Program-made: the position numbers and the translations under genes
Source of the DNA: a virus
Taxonomy: Duplodnaviria; Caudoviricetes
Strand: one strand, 5' to 3'
DNA length: 25,364 nt
Virus record (IMG/VR): IMGVR_UViG_3300035148_000219
Coordinates: 1 to 25,364 of that record
Shown here: piece after piece, positions 1 through 7,871 of the stretch
How positions within the stretch are numbered: position 1 is the first letter of the stretch
Layout of the letters: every line of letters starts with the position of its first letter
Notes under the pieces: model-generated
Told to the model about the DNA's origin: nothing
Seen by the model: the letters and a program-made list of their open reading frames with translations, nothing else
Database searches by the model: none

Positions 1-25
1 AAGGTACTGACTGACAGGGCATTCC

Positions 26-1345
26 ATGGTCGATCTCATGCCGTATCAAGCGAACGGTTCCGAGTTCCTGCGTGCACACCCACGTTCGTATCTTGCTGAC
101 GACGCTGGCTTGGGTAAGACACGCCAAGTACTGGCATCCCTTGACGGACCTTTGCTCGTCGTCACCACAGCTGCGATCCGAGATGCTGACGTCTGGGGCG
201 GAGAAGCCAGGAGGATTGGTTGGGACGCCCCTCTTACTGTGGTGTCCTACAACGGGCTGGATCGCTACTTGAAACTCAACAACACGCCGCCTACTAACAT
301 CGTGTTCGACGAAGCGCACCGTCTCAAGAACCGTAAGGTGTCCTGGTACCGACCGGCACAGCACGTTGTGAAAAACGCAGAACGTGTGCATCTTCTGTCC
401 GGGACGCCGATCCCCAACCAAGCCAGTGAGTTGTGGTCGCAACTTGCCCTGCTGCGCAAGATGCCGGCGTACTGGCCGTGGGTGCGTGACTGGTTCACCA
501 TCGAGGCGGCTCCGTGGTCGGCGCACGTCGTGACGAACAAACTGAAGTACTGCGGTACGTGGTGCGCTGGACGAACGTGCGTGCACTGGCAGGAGTTCCA
601 TGACTTGAACCTTGCCGGGTACTGGCTGCGTCGAGAGCGTGACCAGGTCCTGACAGACCTTCCTCCGCTCACAGGCCACGAAGTGCCGATGCTCACTCCG
701 ATGACACGGGTACAGCGTAAAGCGTATGCGGAGATGAAGAAGTCGTACCTCGCTGAGTTACCTGGCGGCGTGCGTGTTTCTGCACTCACCCAGTCTCAGA
801 GGTTCATCAACCTGTGGCGCTTGTCGACATCTGTGGAGTGTGCGTTCCCAGGCACAGGACTGCCGCTTTCGGACGACTCGACAAAGCTGATGCTGATTCG
901 AGAAATGCTCGAAACACGAACACGTCCTGTTTTCATCGTCCACTGGTTCGGGAACACAGGTAGAAGTATCGGAGCTTTGCTGACAGACCTGGGCGTGTCC
1001 TGGGCGGGTGTAAACGGCACGACTCCACAAGCGCAGCGTCGTGCAATCTTCGCCGATTTCCAGGCAGGTAACTATGCCGTGTTGGTCGGCTCTGTCGGTG
1101 TCGTTGCTGAAGGTATTACACTGACTGCGGCAGATGAAGCAGTTCTTGTTGAACGATCCTGGGTTCCGTCACAGAACGAGCAGGTTATTCGGAGGCTGCA
1201 CAGGATCGGACAGACAAGGCCTGTCTCGGTTCGACAACTTGTCACACCGAAGTCTGTGGATACCTTGCAGTGGGAGACCTTGACAAAGAAACAAGCAGGG
1301 ATTGACCCGGTCCTCACACCGAAAGATTTGGCAAAGATGCTGTAA
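26..1345 (+). CDS. SNF2-like (DEAH) superfamily 2 DNA helicase, 439 aa
   Basis: Motif I LADDAGLGKT, motif II FDEAH, motif III LLSGTP, motif V AEGITLTAA, motif VI QVIRRLHRIGQ; typical phage SNF2 layout. Confidence 0.93.
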   Translation: MVDLMPYQANGSEFLRAHPRSYLADDAGLGKTRQVLASLDGPLLVVTTAAIRDADVWGGEARRIGWDAPLTVVSYNGLDRYLKLNNTPPTNIVFDEAHRLKNRKVSWYRPAQHVVKNAERVHLLSGTPIPNQASELWSQLALLRKMPAYWPWVRDWFTIEAAPWSAHVVTNKLKYCGTWCAGRTCVHWQEFHDLNLAGYWLRRERDQVLTDLPPLTGHEVPMLTPMTRVQRKAYAEMKKSYLAELPGGVRVSALTQSQRFINLWRLSTSVECAFPGTGLPLSDDSTKLMLIREMLETRTRPVFIVHWFGNTGRSIGALLTDLGVSWAGVNGTTPQAQRRAIFADFQAGNYAVLVGSVGVVAEGITLTAADEAVLVERSWVPSQNEQVIRRLHRIGQTRPVSVRQLVTPKSVDTLQWETLTKKQAGIDPVLTPKDLAKML

Positions 1346-1397
1346 ATCGCGCCCGTTCGGTTGACGAAAGCAAGGTGTGTGTGCTTTGATGTCAGAC

Positions 1398-2030
1398 ATG
1401 GCTTCTAGTTCTGCAGCGTTGAATGCTGTACATACGCCACGTGCGTTACTCACAAACTTACCTGCGTACGATGCAAGCCAGTTAGAGATTCTGTGCTGGT
1501 GCGGACGAGCCGTGGTTTACGTACCGAAGTCCTGGGTGCGTGAGGGTAAGACACGCAACTGTGGACGGAACCAGTGTTATCCGGGATGTGCTGTGTCAGA
1601 ACGAGCTGACGTCTTCGACGATCCTCGAACAGAGTACAAACGTGCACGCAAGCGCCGACGTGGTGCCATGATGGATTTCGACATCGCCACGTACAAGCCT
1701 GCACAGGATAGCAGCGTTGCGTATCGGGACAACCCTCGGTACGCGAACGAGGTTGTTCTCCGCGTTCACCCTGGTATGTGCAAGTGTGGGTGCGGTGGAC
1801 AAGTACAGGCAAAAACCAGCCGTTTTGTTCAGGGGCACGACGTGCGCCTTCGAGGTGTTCTTATTCGTGCTGTAGCGACACAGACTCCTGTTCGTGTCGT
1901 AACAGGTACTGATGAGATCGTTTACCAATCTGCGCTGGAGTATGCCGAACAACTAAGCACACCTCAGATGGACTGGGCCGTCAAAGTGATGGCTTCAGCT
2001 GTGCGGTACATGGATTCCGCAGTTCTCTAG
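1398..2030 (+). CDS. Hypothetical Cys-rich (probable Zn-binding) protein
   Basis: Open frame 1377-2030 with two Cys clusters: CWCG-x-CGRNQC and CKCGCGG-x-RFVQGHD. Start uncertain (1377/1389/1398); no clear SD before any. Confidence 0.6.
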   Translation: MASSSAALNAVHTPRALLTNLPAYDASQLEILCWCGRAVVYVPKSWVREGKTRNCGRNQCYPGCAVSERADVFDDPRTEYKRARKRRRGAMMDFDIATYKPAQDSSVAYRDNPRYANEVVLRVHPGMCKCGCGGQVQAKTSRFVQGHDVRLRGVLIRAVATQTPVRVVTGTDEIVYQSALEYAEQLSTPQMDWAVKVMASAVRYMDSAVL

Positions 2031-2038
2031 GAGGAACA

Positions 2039-2773
2039 ATGACGATGGTAGAGCAGATCGAGCAGACCCAGGAGCCGAAAGTTCCTACCAAGAAGGAGCT
2101 TCGAGCACTGCGTAACGAGAAGATCGCACAGTGTGTCGTGGACGACGGACTCAGTCTGGAGGCTGTGGGCAAAGAGTTCGATCTAACGCGTGAGCGTGTT
2201 CGTCAGATCGTGATGGAGGTGCGGCCTGAGTTCGATCTGACTGCGCGTCGAGCCGAGGAGCGCGACATGCGTACCCAGGCTCGTCGTGAGGAGCGAGAGA
2301 CCGCGCGTGCAAAGCGGCGAGCCCTGTTGCGCAGTGGCGCTTCGAACGACGCCGAGGATGCGCCGCGTAAGTACGACGATGAGACGATGCTCGAGAACCT
2401 GCGTATCTTCGCCAAGGAGTACCCGAAGATGCGTGCAGCTGACTGGGCTGGTCTTCCGAGTGTCATGACGTACGTGCGCAGGTTCGGGTCATGGCGCGGG
2501 GCTTTAGCTGCTGCCGGCATGGACGTCCCTGTGTACACGGGGAAGAAGCGCGGGCCCAAGACGGAGTGGACGGACGAGGCTTGCCTTCACGGCCTTCACG
2601 CCTTCTTGCAGACGACGGACATCGAGCCGAACGAGAACTTCGGAGTGGCGCACTACGAGCGTTGGCGGGCTAACCGTCCGGGTATGGCACCGAGTCGATC
2701 CTTGCTGCTGGTTCGCTTCGGCAGTTGGCGCAAGGCGAAGCAGCGCGCACTTGAGATGTTCGGTGACGCATGA
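2039..2773 (+). CDS. DNA-binding protein: sigma70 region-4-like HTH plus two homing-endonuclease-associated repeats
   Basis: SD AGGAGG before ATG 2039; GLSLEAVGKEFDLTRERVRQI matches the sigma region 4.2 HTH; two PS-x-RFGSW-x-A repeats (PSVMTYVRRFGSWRGALAAAG, PSRSLLLVRFGSWRKAKQRA). Confidence 0.75.
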   Translation: MTMVEQIEQTQEPKVPTKKELRALRNEKIAQCVVDDGLSLEAVGKEFDLTRERVRQIVMEVRPEFDLTARRAEERDMRTQARREERETARAKRRALLRSGASNDAEDAPRKYDDETMLENLRIFAKEYPKMRAADWAGLPSVMTYVRRFGSWRGALAAAGMDVPVYTGKKRGPKTEWTDEACLHGLHAFLQTTDIEPNENFGVAHYERWRANRPGMAPSRSLLLVRFGSWRKAKQRALEMFGDA

Positions 2774-2838
2774 TCGTGTTATAAGCACAACACACGTCAG
2801 CTTGTTGACGAGGTGCACGGCAGCGGGCCGTGAAACTC

Positions 2839-2868
2839 TTGACACAACCCTGTGCATGCGTGTAATAT
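2839..2868 (+). promoter_or_regulatory. Putative sigmaA-type promoter TTGACA-18-TAATAT
   Basis: TTGACA 2839-2844 and TAATAT 2863-2868 in the intergenic gap ahead of the exonuclease gene. Confidence 0.7.
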
Positions 2869-2911
2869 CTACTACGTCAGACAGACCATACAGAAGCAGG
2901 AGTTGAGAGCT

Positions 2912-3952
2912 GTGTCCTTGGCTACCGGAACAGTGTCGTTCAGCGAGATGTCCACGTATATGCAGTGCCCGCTGAAGCACTACTTGGCGTACACAGCCGG
3001 CTTGGTCGAGCCGCCTGAGCAGCGCCGGCCAGGACTGGCTCTCGGCTCTGCCTTCCACAAGATGTTGGAGGCTCGGTACCTTACCTTCAAGGAAGCCGAT
3101 CAGAAGTCACGCCCTCGTGACATCGAGCAGGCTAACGTCGCGTCGTGGCAGGCACTGGGCGAGATGCTGGACAGCGGCAGGGAAGTTCTGTCCGAAGACC
3201 AGCGTACCTCTCTGGAGTGGATGCTCGACGGGTACAACGAGACCTACGGGACTGAGTACAACTGGGAGATTCTCGACGTCGAGCGACCTGTCGAGACTCC
3301 GTTGTGCACGCTCAACGACGGTCGTGAGATCAAGTTGATCGGACGTATCGACTTGGTCGTCCGTGAGAAGAGTCGTGTCTGGCTCGTCGACTTCAAGACC
3401 ATGCGTGGGAAGAACGCGTCAGCCATGGCGTGGGTCCGTGAACGTGACCTGGACTGGCAGTTCACGCTGTACCAGGCGCTCATGGTTCGCGACGCGGAGA
3501 TCGAGATTGCACGCGGGGAGCGCGACGGCACGTTCTGGAACAGCACGTGGCGTGCTGACAAGCCGGCCGGTGCGATCTACGCAGCGATTCGAACGGACGC
3601 CCTGAAGCGTCAGATGACGTCGGACGAGCGCTTTGGCCGACACATCATCCTGCGGTCGCCGGCATCTCTTGAACGTGCCCTGCAGAACGCTGAAGCTGTG
3701 GTTCGTCACATGGCAGCTGTGCAGGATCCGATCAACCCGCTTCCGGTGTTCTCGGCTCCCGACCCGCAGATGTGTGGTTGGAAGTGCTCGTATCGCGAGG
3801 TGCATCTACACGCCGACGCAACGGGACGTGACTACGCCGAAGTGGCAGCGGACTGGGGCTTCGTCCCCAAGGTCAGTCCAGAGACGCCGGCGAAGGCATC
3901 CGTGCCGGAATCTGAGGTTGACACCATTGAGAGCGCGCACACGTTGGTTTAA
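2912..3952 (+). CDS. PD-(D/E)XK exonuclease, Cas4/AddB/RecB-like
   Basis: SFSEMSTYMQCPL N-terminus, GSAFHKMLE, GRIDLV...LVDFKT catalytic motifs, QFTLY, C-terminal CGWKCSY. Start moved to GTG 2912 (SD AGGAG 2898-2902) because 2852 lies inside the promoter. Confidence 0.88.
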   Translation: MSLATGTVSFSEMSTYMQCPLKHYLAYTAGLVEPPEQRRPGLALGSAFHKMLEARYLTFKEADQKSRPRDIEQANVASWQALGEMLDSGREVLSEDQRTSLEWMLDGYNETYGTEYNWEILDVERPVETPLCTLNDGREIKLIGRIDLVVREKSRVWLVDFKTMRGKNASAMAWVRERDLDWQFTLYQALMVRDAEIEIARGERDGTFWNSTWRADKPAGAIYAAIRTDALKRQMTSDERFGRHIILRSPASLERALQNAEAVVRHMAAVQDPINPLPVFSAPDPQMCGWKCSYREVHLHADATGRDYAEVAADWGFVPKVSPETPAKASVPESEVDTIESAHTLV

Positions 3953-3991
3953 TACTGACTACCACTCACAACAGTTGAAAGGTACTTTACC

Positions 3992-4381
3992 GTGCATAAG
4001 CAGCATCTACCGATTCACTCTATCGTAGCTGACTACACCTCTTTGTGCGAAGAAATTCCAGCAGGTAAAGTTACAGATTTTGCAATGATGGTAGTTCTCG
4101 AACGAGGCACCGAGTTACTGAACAGTATTAGTATAAGTTCGGAAGACATGCTTGACAGCGCAGAGTCCGAGGAGTCGACGCTGTGTCTGACGTGCATGGG
4201 CATGGCGTTGGCGTGCCGAACTCTGATTGCTGTCATGGACACCGTGTCTCCCGATCTTTTGCCTACAGAAGAAGTGCGTAAGTTTTTGACTATCAAGTAT
4301 GCAACAACAGAGGTACTGGCTTACATGTGGCGGTTGCATGAAACCACAGATGGTGTTTCCCAGGAGACAGCACATGCGTGA
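3992..4381 (+). CDS. Hypothetical protein, 129 aa
   Basis: GTG start with AAAGG upstream; stop overlaps the next gene; no recognised motif. Confidence 0.65.
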   Translation: MHKQHLPIHSIVADYTSLCEEIPAGKVTDFAMMVVLERGTELLNSISISSEDMLDSAESEESTLCLTCMGMALACRTLIAVMDTVSPDLLPTEEVRKFLTIKYATTEVLAYMWRLHETTDGVSQETAHA

Positions 4382-4574
4382 CTGGGCTCTCACCCTTGTC
4401 AGCCTTATCGTTGTGTTCGGGTACATGGCTGCCGTCGTCGAACAGTACTTCGCGCACCGAGCCACTGATCGTATCTGGCTTCGTCGAGTACTTGACGCTG
4501 CTGTCGCAGCACTGTCCTTCCGCTCGTTGCCATGTCCGCGTTGCGGCATGGATTCTTCGGATAATATTCTTTAA
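4374..4574 (+). CDS. Small membrane protein with C-terminal CxxC
   Basis: SD AGGAG before ATG 4374; hydrophobic WALTLVSLIVVFGYMAAVV; CPRCG near the C-terminus. Confidence 0.6.
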   Translation: MRDWALTLVSLIVVFGYMAAVVEQYFAHRATDRIWLRRVLDAAVAALSFRSLPCPRCGMDSSDNIL

Positions 4575-4590
4575 GAAGAAAGTGCTGCAT

Positions 4591-4812
4591 ATGAGTTCTA
4601 CAGCGTTTTTTGTTCTATTTAGTTTTCAGATCATAACTGTACTTTTGATTTTAGTCCTTGCACGTAAGGCTACAAAACTGAAGTACTACCCCATTCCTGG
4701 ACCCGAAGGTCCTCCTGGGCCTCCCGGTCCTATGGGTATGATGGGGCCGAAAGGCGAATCTGGTTTTGTCATCTATAGCTCAAGTGACTCCACTGACGAG
4801 TCCGACGACTGA
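4591..4812 (+). CDS. Small membrane-anchored protein with short collagen-like (Gly-X-Y)7 tract, 73 aa
   Basis: ATG 4591; hydrophobic AFFVLFSFQIITVLLILVLA, basic RKATKLK, then GPE GPP GPP GPM GMM GPK GES G and an acidic tail. Confidence 0.7.
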   Translation: MSSTAFFVLFSFQIITVLLILVLARKATKLKYYPIPGPEGPPGPPGPMGMMGPKGESGFVIYSSSDSTDESDD

Positions 4813-4825
4813 AAGGTGCGCACTT

Positions 4826-5194
4826 GTGAGTGGATTTTGGACTCGCGGACGTCTTCTGGACGAAGCGCGTGAGGCCGTGGTGGACCGAGGGCAGGACTCG
4901 CACGGAAATCCCGAGGACACGTTTGCTGTCATCGCGGAGTACTGGTCGACGCACCTCGGAGTCAAGGTCTCAGCGACTGATGTAGCTATCATGATGACGC
5001 TACTGAAAGTTGCACGTCTTCGCGGCAATCCGTACCACTATGATTCCATTGTTGACGCTGCTGGTTACATGGCGTGCTTTGCAGAAATTGTTTCTCGTAA
5101 AGATGTTGAGCCGTTGCTCGTAGCGCCGGCAGATCCTGACGTTGCTCTCCTTGGGTACATCGAGCCACGTCCTGACTCTGACATCGAGAGCTGA
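4826..5194 (+). CDS. DUF6378-like phage protein
   Basis: RGRLLDEA...HGNPEDTFAVIAEYWS...DVAIMMTLLKVAR...DSIVDAAGYMAC fits the family pattern as I recall it; GTG 4826 with GAAAGG upstream. Confidence 0.8.
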   Translation: MSGFWTRGRLLDEAREAVVDRGQDSHGNPEDTFAVIAEYWSTHLGVKVSATDVAIMMTLLKVARLRGNPYHYDSIVDAAGYMACFAEIVSRKDVEPLLVAPADPDVALLGYIEPRPDSDIES

Positions 5195-5232
5195 GTACTC
5201 TAAAGTACTCTAAAGAATTTAGAGTAGAGTAG
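5194..5232. repeat. AT-rich intergenic element: tandem AGTACTCTAA x2 plus inverted repeat TACTCTAAA-gaa-TTTAGAGTA
   Basis: Read directly: AGTACTCTAA 5194-5203 and 5204-5213; 9-bp inverted repeat 5206-5214/5218-5226; TAGAG reiterated to 5232. Confidence 0.85.
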
Positions 5233-5246
5233 ATCCGAGGTAGCGC

Positions 5247-5609
5247 ATGGTTTCCGAGCAGGCTAAGTATTTTGCAGATGTAAGTGATGTGGCGGATGTG
5301 TTGTTTCGTTGGCAGCACATGAGTCTTTTGGATTTCACAGATACGTGGGAGAAATCCGGCGCAGACAACGGAAACTGGAGCTGGACTGCACGAGCCAGTC
5401 TTCCAGGTGTAGGGTCCGTGAACTTGGATATGTACCACGAACGTTTCGACGCGCAGTCTACGGTTAATTTAAACGTCATGTACGTGACTGTGAAGATAGG
5501 CGAGTTTGCTTTCGTAACGTTTACAGAAAACAACGCAGATTTTACAGACCTTACTAACTGCGCTTTACGGTTACTGAACGGACTGGAGTTTACTCAAGAT
5601 GATGTATGA
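5247..5609 (+). CDS. Hypothetical protein, 120 aa
   Basis: GAGG SD at 5237-5240, ATG 5247; no recognised motif. Confidence 0.7.
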   Translation: MVSEQAKYFADVSDVADVLFRWQHMSLLDFTDTWEKSGADNGNWSWTARASLPGVGSVNLDMYHERFDAQSTVNLNVMYVTVKIGEFAFVTFTENNADFTDLTNCALRLLNGLEFTQDDV

Positions 5610-5802
5610 CGGAACCTGGGTTGAAGTCGACGAAGCACAGGACGTCGCTGTGTCAGATGCGCTGTACAAAGCTCTGTGCGCCATGCCAGAATGTGCGTGG
5701 GAAGGATTTTCAGATAGAGCTGAACGCCTTATGGTCGTCAGTACCGAGCATTGGAACACGAAACATGGCTTACCCAGTGACGACAGTTGCCCGCATGACT
5801 AA
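5599..5802 (+). CDS. Small acidic hypothetical protein, 67 aa
   Basis: GGAG upstream; overlaps the preceding stop and the following ATG 5795. Competes with an N-terminal extension of the 5606-6343 frame. Confidence 0.45.
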   Translation: MMYDGTWVEVDEAQDVAVSDALYKALCAMPECAWEGFSDRAERLMVVSTEHWNTKHGLPSDDSCPHD

Positions 5803-6343
5803 TCTCCTGCGTGATGCAGGAGAGTCTGGGTTAACGCGGAACCAGATGCGTGACCGGCTGTCACGGAAGCAACGGCAAGCCATGGATGAAGTTCTGGAAC
5901 ATTTTGTCAAGACCGATCAGGTTGATACGCACAAAGTCGAAAACCCAGGTCATCCTGTAACGCTTCGGTACATTCTGAAGTTGCAAAACACTTTGGAACC
6001 TGCACCTGCGTCTGACGATGTGGTTGTAGTAACCCCGCCAGTTCTAAGTGAGCAAACCTCGGGGACAGACAAAGAAACGTCCACGATTTTTACAAAAAAG
6101 ATTTACCCCACTATTCCTGGAATGCCTGGACTTCCACACCGAGTAGCAGCTGCAGCGGTTCATATTGTGGTAGCCCTCGGACAGAACGAAGGCAGGATCC
6201 CGCAGACCGACATGGTTGTTCGTCTGCGTGACATGGGGTACGACAACGACACCATTCGTCGTGCGCATGGACTGCTGCGTCTGGATGTTGTGCGAAACAA
6301 GAAACTGACGTACTGGGTATGGAGGATGCCGGCAGTACGGTGA
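5795..6343 (+). CDS. Putative tandem winged-helix DNA-binding protein
   Basis: Two wHTH-like segments (LLRDAGESGLTRNQMRDRLS...LRYIL and ALGQNEGRIPQTDM...MGYDNDTIRRA...YWVWRMP) joined by a P/S/T-rich linker. Start uncertain (5606/5765/5795). Confidence 0.6.
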   Translation: MTNLLRDAGESGLTRNQMRDRLSRKQRQAMDEVLEHFVKTDQVDTHKVENPGHPVTLRYILKLQNTLEPAPASDDVVVVTPPVLSEQTSGTDKETSTIFTKKIYPTIPGMPGLPHRVAAAAVHIVVALGQNEGRIPQTDMVVRLRDMGYDNDTIRRAHGLLRLDVVRNKKLTYWVWRMPAVR

Positions 6344-6355
6344 TCCCGGACATGC

Positions 6356-6388
6356 AACGGTCCCTGAACGCGATGTTCAGGGACCGTT
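6356..6388. terminator. Probable bidirectional terminator hairpin between convergent genes
   Basis: Perfect 14-bp inverted repeat AACGGTCCCTGAAC-gcgat-GTTCAGGGACCGTT between stops at 6343 (+) and 6396 (-). Confidence 0.8.
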
Positions 6389-6395
6389 CTGTGTG

Positions 6396-7112
6396 TCAGG
6401 GGGCTACGCGCCCGTTCTTGTTGAAGGCTTCGTGCGTGACTGGCATAAGCGCCCGCCAGATGGTTTCCATCTTGTCTGCTACAAGTGTGATCTCATATTG
6501 CGGATAACTAGGAAACCTGCTGTCCGGATGCTTGGTGCGCAGTGACAAGACGTTCATCAACGAACGAGCGTTGATCGTCAAGTACATAGAACTGTAAATG
6601 CCGACAGGGAGCACAGACCTTGCTACTTCTCGAGCGACACCTTCGTTCAACAAGGTCTCGTACGTCTGGTACGCGTCTTCGTAGCGACACATAAAGTGCT
6701 CTGTCGTCAGGACCACCTGGTCGTCACTACCAGGCACGAACTCGTAAGCCCCTGGCTTCCCTTGTTGTACAAGAGGACGGTCAGTGTCTGGGATGTAAAA
6801 AACAGGCTGTAGCTTACGATACCGTCCCGACTCTTCGTTGTACGAAGCGATACGGTGCCGCATCAACTCACGGAAGACGAAGATAGGAGCGCTGATGAAG
6901 AACGTCATCACGGAGTGCTCGAAGGGAGAACCGTGCCTCTCGCGCATCAAGTACTGGATAAGCTGCTTGTCACCAGGTTCCAGCGTGTGTGACCGCGCAC
7001 TGTGTGTACCTTGAGTGGACACACGTGCTGCCATAGGGATGTCGACGTCAGACGCACTATGCTTGACCAGATAAACATCCACGTCGGACCGGAATGAGCA
7101 TACGTTTTTCAC
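6396..7112 (-). CDS. thyX: Flavin-dependent thymidylate synthase
   Basis: ThyX signature RHRIASYNEESGRY, plus HGSPFEH, AREVARSVLP, NARSLMNVLSLR. Confidence 0.97.
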   Translation of the reverse strand: MKNVCSFRSDVDVYLVKHSASDVDIPMAARVSTQGTHSARSHTLEPGDKQLIQYLMRERHGSPFEHSVMTFFISAPIFVFRELMRHRIASYNEESGRYRKLQPVFYIPDTDRPLVQQGKPGAYEFVPGSDDQVVLTTEHFMCRYEDAYQTYETLLNEGVAREVARSVLPVGIYSSMYLTINARSLMNVLSLRTKHPDSRFPSYPQYEITLVADKMETIWRALMPVTHEAFNKNGRVAP

Positions 7113-7561
7113 GAAAGGAATTTTCCTTTCTCGTCGCGCTGCCTGTTCTCGAGTTTCCTGGTCAGCCCGTGCAACATGTATAAAGCATCTACGACAAGAG
7201 TTTCAATAGGTGGCACGGAGTGGTCGTCAAACCACACAAGTGTTTCGTACGCATATGCACTTTTAGGAGCTGCTAGTGTGTTAGCCGTAGCTAGCGCGCT
7301 TTGTACACCTGGTACAAGAGTAATGCTGTACCTGTCTTCGACCACTTCAAATTGAATAGAGCCAGCCGTCGTGTGTGTAAGCACGCCGCGCCACGTCTCC
7401 GGATCAATACGTTGGTGGTCGAAGCGAACTTCCGTCCCGGGAGTTACCAAAAGGTTGCTACTAAGGGCATCGTTAATCGCTTTCTGGATTCTTTTTGCGT
7501 ACGTATCGACAACCACTGTGCTCTCTTCAATGGTGTCGTAATGACAACGTGGACAGTGCAT
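7109..7561 (-). CDS. Hypothetical protein with N-terminal CxxC, 150 aa
   Basis: Strong SD GAGGAGG on the minus strand; GTGA overlap couples it to thyX. Confidence 0.75.
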   Translation of the reverse strand: MHCPRCHYDTIEESTVVVDTYAKRIQKAINDALSSNLLVTPGTEVRFDHQRIDPETWRGVLTHTTAGSIQFEVVEDRYSITLVPGVQSALATANTLAAPKSAYAYETLVWFDDHSVPPIETLVVDALYMLHGLTRKLENRQRDEKGKFLS

Positions 7562-7621
7562 ACAAGATCCTCCTCAGGGTGAGCGACCAGGGTACCGTAC
7601 GCCGGCAGCGGGCGGCTACCG

Positions 7622-7650
7622 TTGACCCAGACCTGCTGAGATGCTAAAGT
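7622..7650 (+). promoter_or_regulatory. Putative sigmaA-type promoter TTGACC-17-TAAAGT with TGn extension
   Basis: TTGACC 7622-7627, TGC-TAAAGT 7642-7650, in the divergent intergenic region where + strand transcription must restart. Confidence 0.7.
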
Positions 7651-7679
7651 CACAGGTACCCAGACAGACGGAGATACGT

Positions 7680-7871
7680 GTGATTGTTCGAAACGCAGCT
7701 AGGTGTCGACTCTGCTCGACAGTCGTAGAAAGTAAGTACCGCCACGACTTCCAAGCTTGTACGTGTGGGGCGATTTTTGTCGACGGCGGTCGTGACTACC
7801 TTCGCCGAGGCGGATCACCTGAAGCCCTGGAAGACCTTAGTGTGTTTACTGACGACAAGGATGCAGTGTGA
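7680..7871 (+). CDS. Small Zn-ribbon phage protein (DUF7695-like)
   Basis: RNAARCRLC...ESKYRHDFQACTCGAIFVDGGRDYLRR pattern common in phages; GTG 7680 with GGAG SD (ATG 7641 lies within the promoter). Confidence 0.8.
   Translation: MIVRNAARCRLCSTVVESKYRHDFQACTCGAIFVDGGRDYLRRGGSPEALEDLSVFTDDKDAV

Noticed and set aside
2792-2832. Twin small hairpins (CGTCAG/TTGACG, CACGGC/GCCGTG) as terminator or ncRNA
   Set aside because: Stems only 6 bp with no U tract; too weak to call.
2912-3952. Cas4-like gene as evidence of a CRISPR-Cas system
   Set aside because: No repeat-spacer array or other cas genes seen; solo Cas4-like exonucleases with Sak4/SSB are standard phage recombination genes.
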